DNA of 64,000 bases, taken from NCBI RefSeq assembly GCF_964355755.1, contig NC_092671.1:15128001-15192000 (forward strand), given 5' to 3'. The stretch comes from Antedon mediterranea. Taxonomy: Eukaryota; Animalia; Echinodermata. How positions within the stretch are numbered: the first letter of the stretch is position 1; each line of letters opens with the position of its first letter. This document shows, one piece after another, positions 61,201-64,000 of the stretch. Under the pieces are notes generated by a model. It was not told the origin of the DNA. It did no database searches and saw only the letters and a program-made list of their open reading frames with translations. A program made the translations under genes and the position numbers.

Positions 61201-64000
61201 TCAGCTGTGTGACTTAGGCAATTAAGGAGAGCTGACTTATGATCTGCCTATCTCACTGCTTATATCATTATACTGCCCTCTGTACATTATCTGAGTGCTT
61301 TTATATACATTTGCACATGCTTAGATGGTTTTTTTGTGTTTCTGCCTAAGTCAGCTGTGTGACTTAGGCAATTAAGGAAAGGAGACTCATGATTTTTTAA
61401 ATAACATAAGAAATACATTTTTATAGTATATTTTTTAACCCATTTGTTACAAATTCTTTCTCTTTTATTGCTAATTTCCTTTTCTAAATTCATCAGTGTT
61501 AATTTTAATCTGAAGAGCTGATGCTATTAAATTTTGTTACTTAATAAAGATAGCATTTTTTGTATATAGATGATATCGACAGCCTCATAACAAAAGTGTC
61601 TAAGTCATAATTTTTTTTTCTGCCTAACTCACTGCTTATATCAATATACTACATTTTTTGTGTTTCTGCCTAAGTCAGCTGTGTGACTTAGGCAATTAAG
61701 GTGAGGAGACTCATGATTTTTAAAATAAAATAAGAAATGCATTTTTATAGTATATTTTTTAACCCATTTGTTACAAATTCTTTCGCTTTTATTGCTACTT
61801 TCTTTTTCTAAAACCATCAGTGTTAATTCTAATCTGAAGAGCTGATGCTATTAAATTGTGTTACTTAAAGGTAGCATTTTTTGTATATAGATGATATCGA
61901 CAGCCTCATAACAAAGTGTCTAAGTCATAATTTGTTTTTTGTTTTTCTGTCTAACTCACTGCTTATATCAATATACTATATTTGTTGTGTTTCTGCCCAA
62001 GTCAGCTGTTTGACTTAGGCAATTAAGGAGAGCTGACTTATGATCTGCCTAACTCACTGCTTATATCAATATACTATATTTTTTGTGTTTCTGCCTAAGT
62101 CAGCTGTGTGACTTAGGCAATTAAGGAGAGCTGACTTATGATCTGCCTAACTCACTGCTTATATCATTATACTGCCCTCTGTACATTTAAATCTGAGTGC
62201 TTTTATATACATTTGCACATGCTCAGATCGTTTTTTTGTGTTTCTGCCTAAGTCAACTGTGTGACTTAGGCAATTAAGGAGAGGAGACTCATGATTCTTT
62301 AAATAAAATAAGAAATACATTTTTATAGTATATTTTTTAACCCATTTGTTACAAATTCTTTCTCTTTTGTTGCTACTTTCCTTTTCTAAAATCATCAGTG
62401 TTAATTTTAATCTGAAGAGCTGATGCTATTAAATTTTGTTACTCAAAGGTAGCATTTTTTGTATATAGATGATATCGACAGCCTCATAACAAAAGTGTCT
62501 AAGTCATAATTTGTTTTTTGTTTTTCGATCTAACTCACTGCTTATATCAATATACTATATTTGTTGTGTTTCTGCCCAAGTCATCTGTGTGACTTAGGCA
62601 ATTAAGGAGAGCTGACTTATGATCTGCCTAACTCACTGCTTATATCAATATACTATATTTTTTGTGTTTCTGCCTAAGTCAGCTGTGTGACTTAGGCAAT
62701 TAAGGAGAGCTGACTTATGATCTGCCTAACTCACTGCTTATATCATTATACTACCCTCTGTACATTATCTGAGTGCTTTTATATACATTTGCACATGCTC
62801 AGATCGTTTTTTTTGTGTTTCTGCCTAAGTCAGCTGTGTGACTTAGGCAATTAAGGAGAGGAGACTCATGATTTTTAAAATAAAATAAGAAATACATTTT
62901 TATAGTATATTTTTTAACCCATTTGTTACAAATTCTTTCTCTTTTATTGCTACTTTCCTTTTCTACAATCATCTGTGTTAATTTTAATCTGAAGAGCTGA
63001 TGCTATTAAATTTTGTTACTCAAAGGTAGCATTTTTTGTATATAGATGATATCGACAGCCTCATAACAAAAGTGTCTAAGTCATAATTTTTGTTTTGTTT
63101 TTCTGCCTTACTCACTGCTTATATCAATATACTATTTTTTTGTGTTTCTGCCTAAGTCAGCTATGTGACTTAGGCAATTAAGGAGAGCTGACTTATGATC
63201 TGCCTAACTCACTGCTTATATCAATATACTATATTTTTTGTGTTTCTGCCTAAGTCAGCTGTGTGACTTAGGCAATTAAGGAGAGCTGACGTATGATCTG
63301 CCTAACTCACTGCTTATATCAATATACTATATTTTTTGTGTTTCTGCCTAAGTCAGCTGTGTGACTTAGGCAATTAAGGAGAGCTGACGTATGATCTGCC
63401 TAACTCACTGCTTATATCATTATACTGCCCTCTGTACATTATCTGAGTGCTTTTATATACATTTGCACATGCTCAGATTGTTTTTTTGTGTTTCTGCCTA
63501 AGTCAGCTGTGTGACTTAGGCAATTAAGGAGAGGAGACTCATGATTTTTTAAATAAAATAAGAAATGCATTTTTATAGTATATTTTTTAACCCATTTGTT
63601 ACAAATTCTTTTTCTTTTATTGCTACTTTCCTTTTCTAAATTCATCAGTGTTAATTTTAATCTGAAGAGCTGATGCTATTAAATTTTGTTACTTAATAAA
63701 GGTAGCATTTTTTGTATATAGATGATATCGACAGCCTCATAACAAAAGTGTCTAAGTCATAATTTTTTTTGTTCTGCCTAACTCACTGCTTATATCATTA
63801 TACTACATTTTTTTGTGTTTCTGCCTAGACAGCTGTGTGACTTAGGCAATTAAGGAGAGGAGACTCATGATTTTTAAAATAAAATAAGAAATGCATTTTT
63901 ATAGTATATTTTTTAACCCATTTGTTACAAATTCTTTCTCTTTTATTGCTACTTTCCTTTTCTAAAACCATCAGTGTTAATTCTAATCTGAAGAGCTGAT
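46201..64000. repeat. Composite satellite array (at least 17.8 kb, runs off the window) built from 98-bp and longer subunits sharing a dyad core
   Basis: The core TGCCTAAGTCA-gctgtg-TGACTTAGGCA recurs throughout. The 98-bp short unit starts at 48620, 48718 and 48816. Composite units are ~326, 478 and 576 bp. Larger periods (1054, 1379, 1817, ~7750 bp) are visible from offsets between near-identical ORF-track entries. Confidence 0.97.

Noticed and set aside
47683-63645. Repeated 68-78 aa minus-strand ORFs (MxLEKESSNK...) as a tandem gene family
   Set aside because: They are chance open frames in satellite units: many copies are broken, there is no recognisable domain, and they span subunit junctions.
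46201-64000. CRISPR-like array (palindromic 28-bp repeat with intervening sequences)
   Set aside because: The intervening sequences are themselves repeated in a few classes rather than unique, there are no cas genes, and the context is eukaryotic with spliceosomal introns.

Overview
AT-rich, intron-rich animal DNA (invertebrate; a marine deuterostome such as an echinoderm is only a guess). Bases 1-43.7 kb hold three tandem, same-strand (+) paralogous genes for proteins built almost entirely of EGF-like modules, one module per symmetric phase-1 exon. Gene A shows only its 3' part (12 EGF exons, stop at 4880-4882). Gene B is complete (9505-18799: signal peptide, 30 EGFs, Tyr-rich tail, about 1241 aa). 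Gene C is complete (21954-43744: signal peptide, 62 EGFs, Tyr-rich tail, about 2596 aa). The middles of the genes are recently homogenised exon+intron tandem arrays. The main observation is a cysteine pairing rule. The EGFs carry up to two extra Cys, one in the C3-C4 hairpin and one replacing the Gly of C5-x-x-G-Y. At every junction I could translate (101), the tail Cys of module n and the hairpin Cys of module n+1 are either both present or both absent, and the chain ends lack the outward-facing one. This points to inter-domain disulfide 'staples' that define rigid rods and hinges: gene B is ten stapled trimers, and gene C has segments of 3, 2, 3, 47 and 7 modules. The window also contains two copies of a non-autonomous Helitron, several MITEs, a LINE 3' fragment and a Helentron/HINE-like end. 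That end abuts a composite, dyad-rich satellite with higher-order structure that fills 46.2-64 kb. The ORF-track entries are exon read-throughs, shifted frames or satellite artefacts. Exon coordinates and counts were derived by hand.
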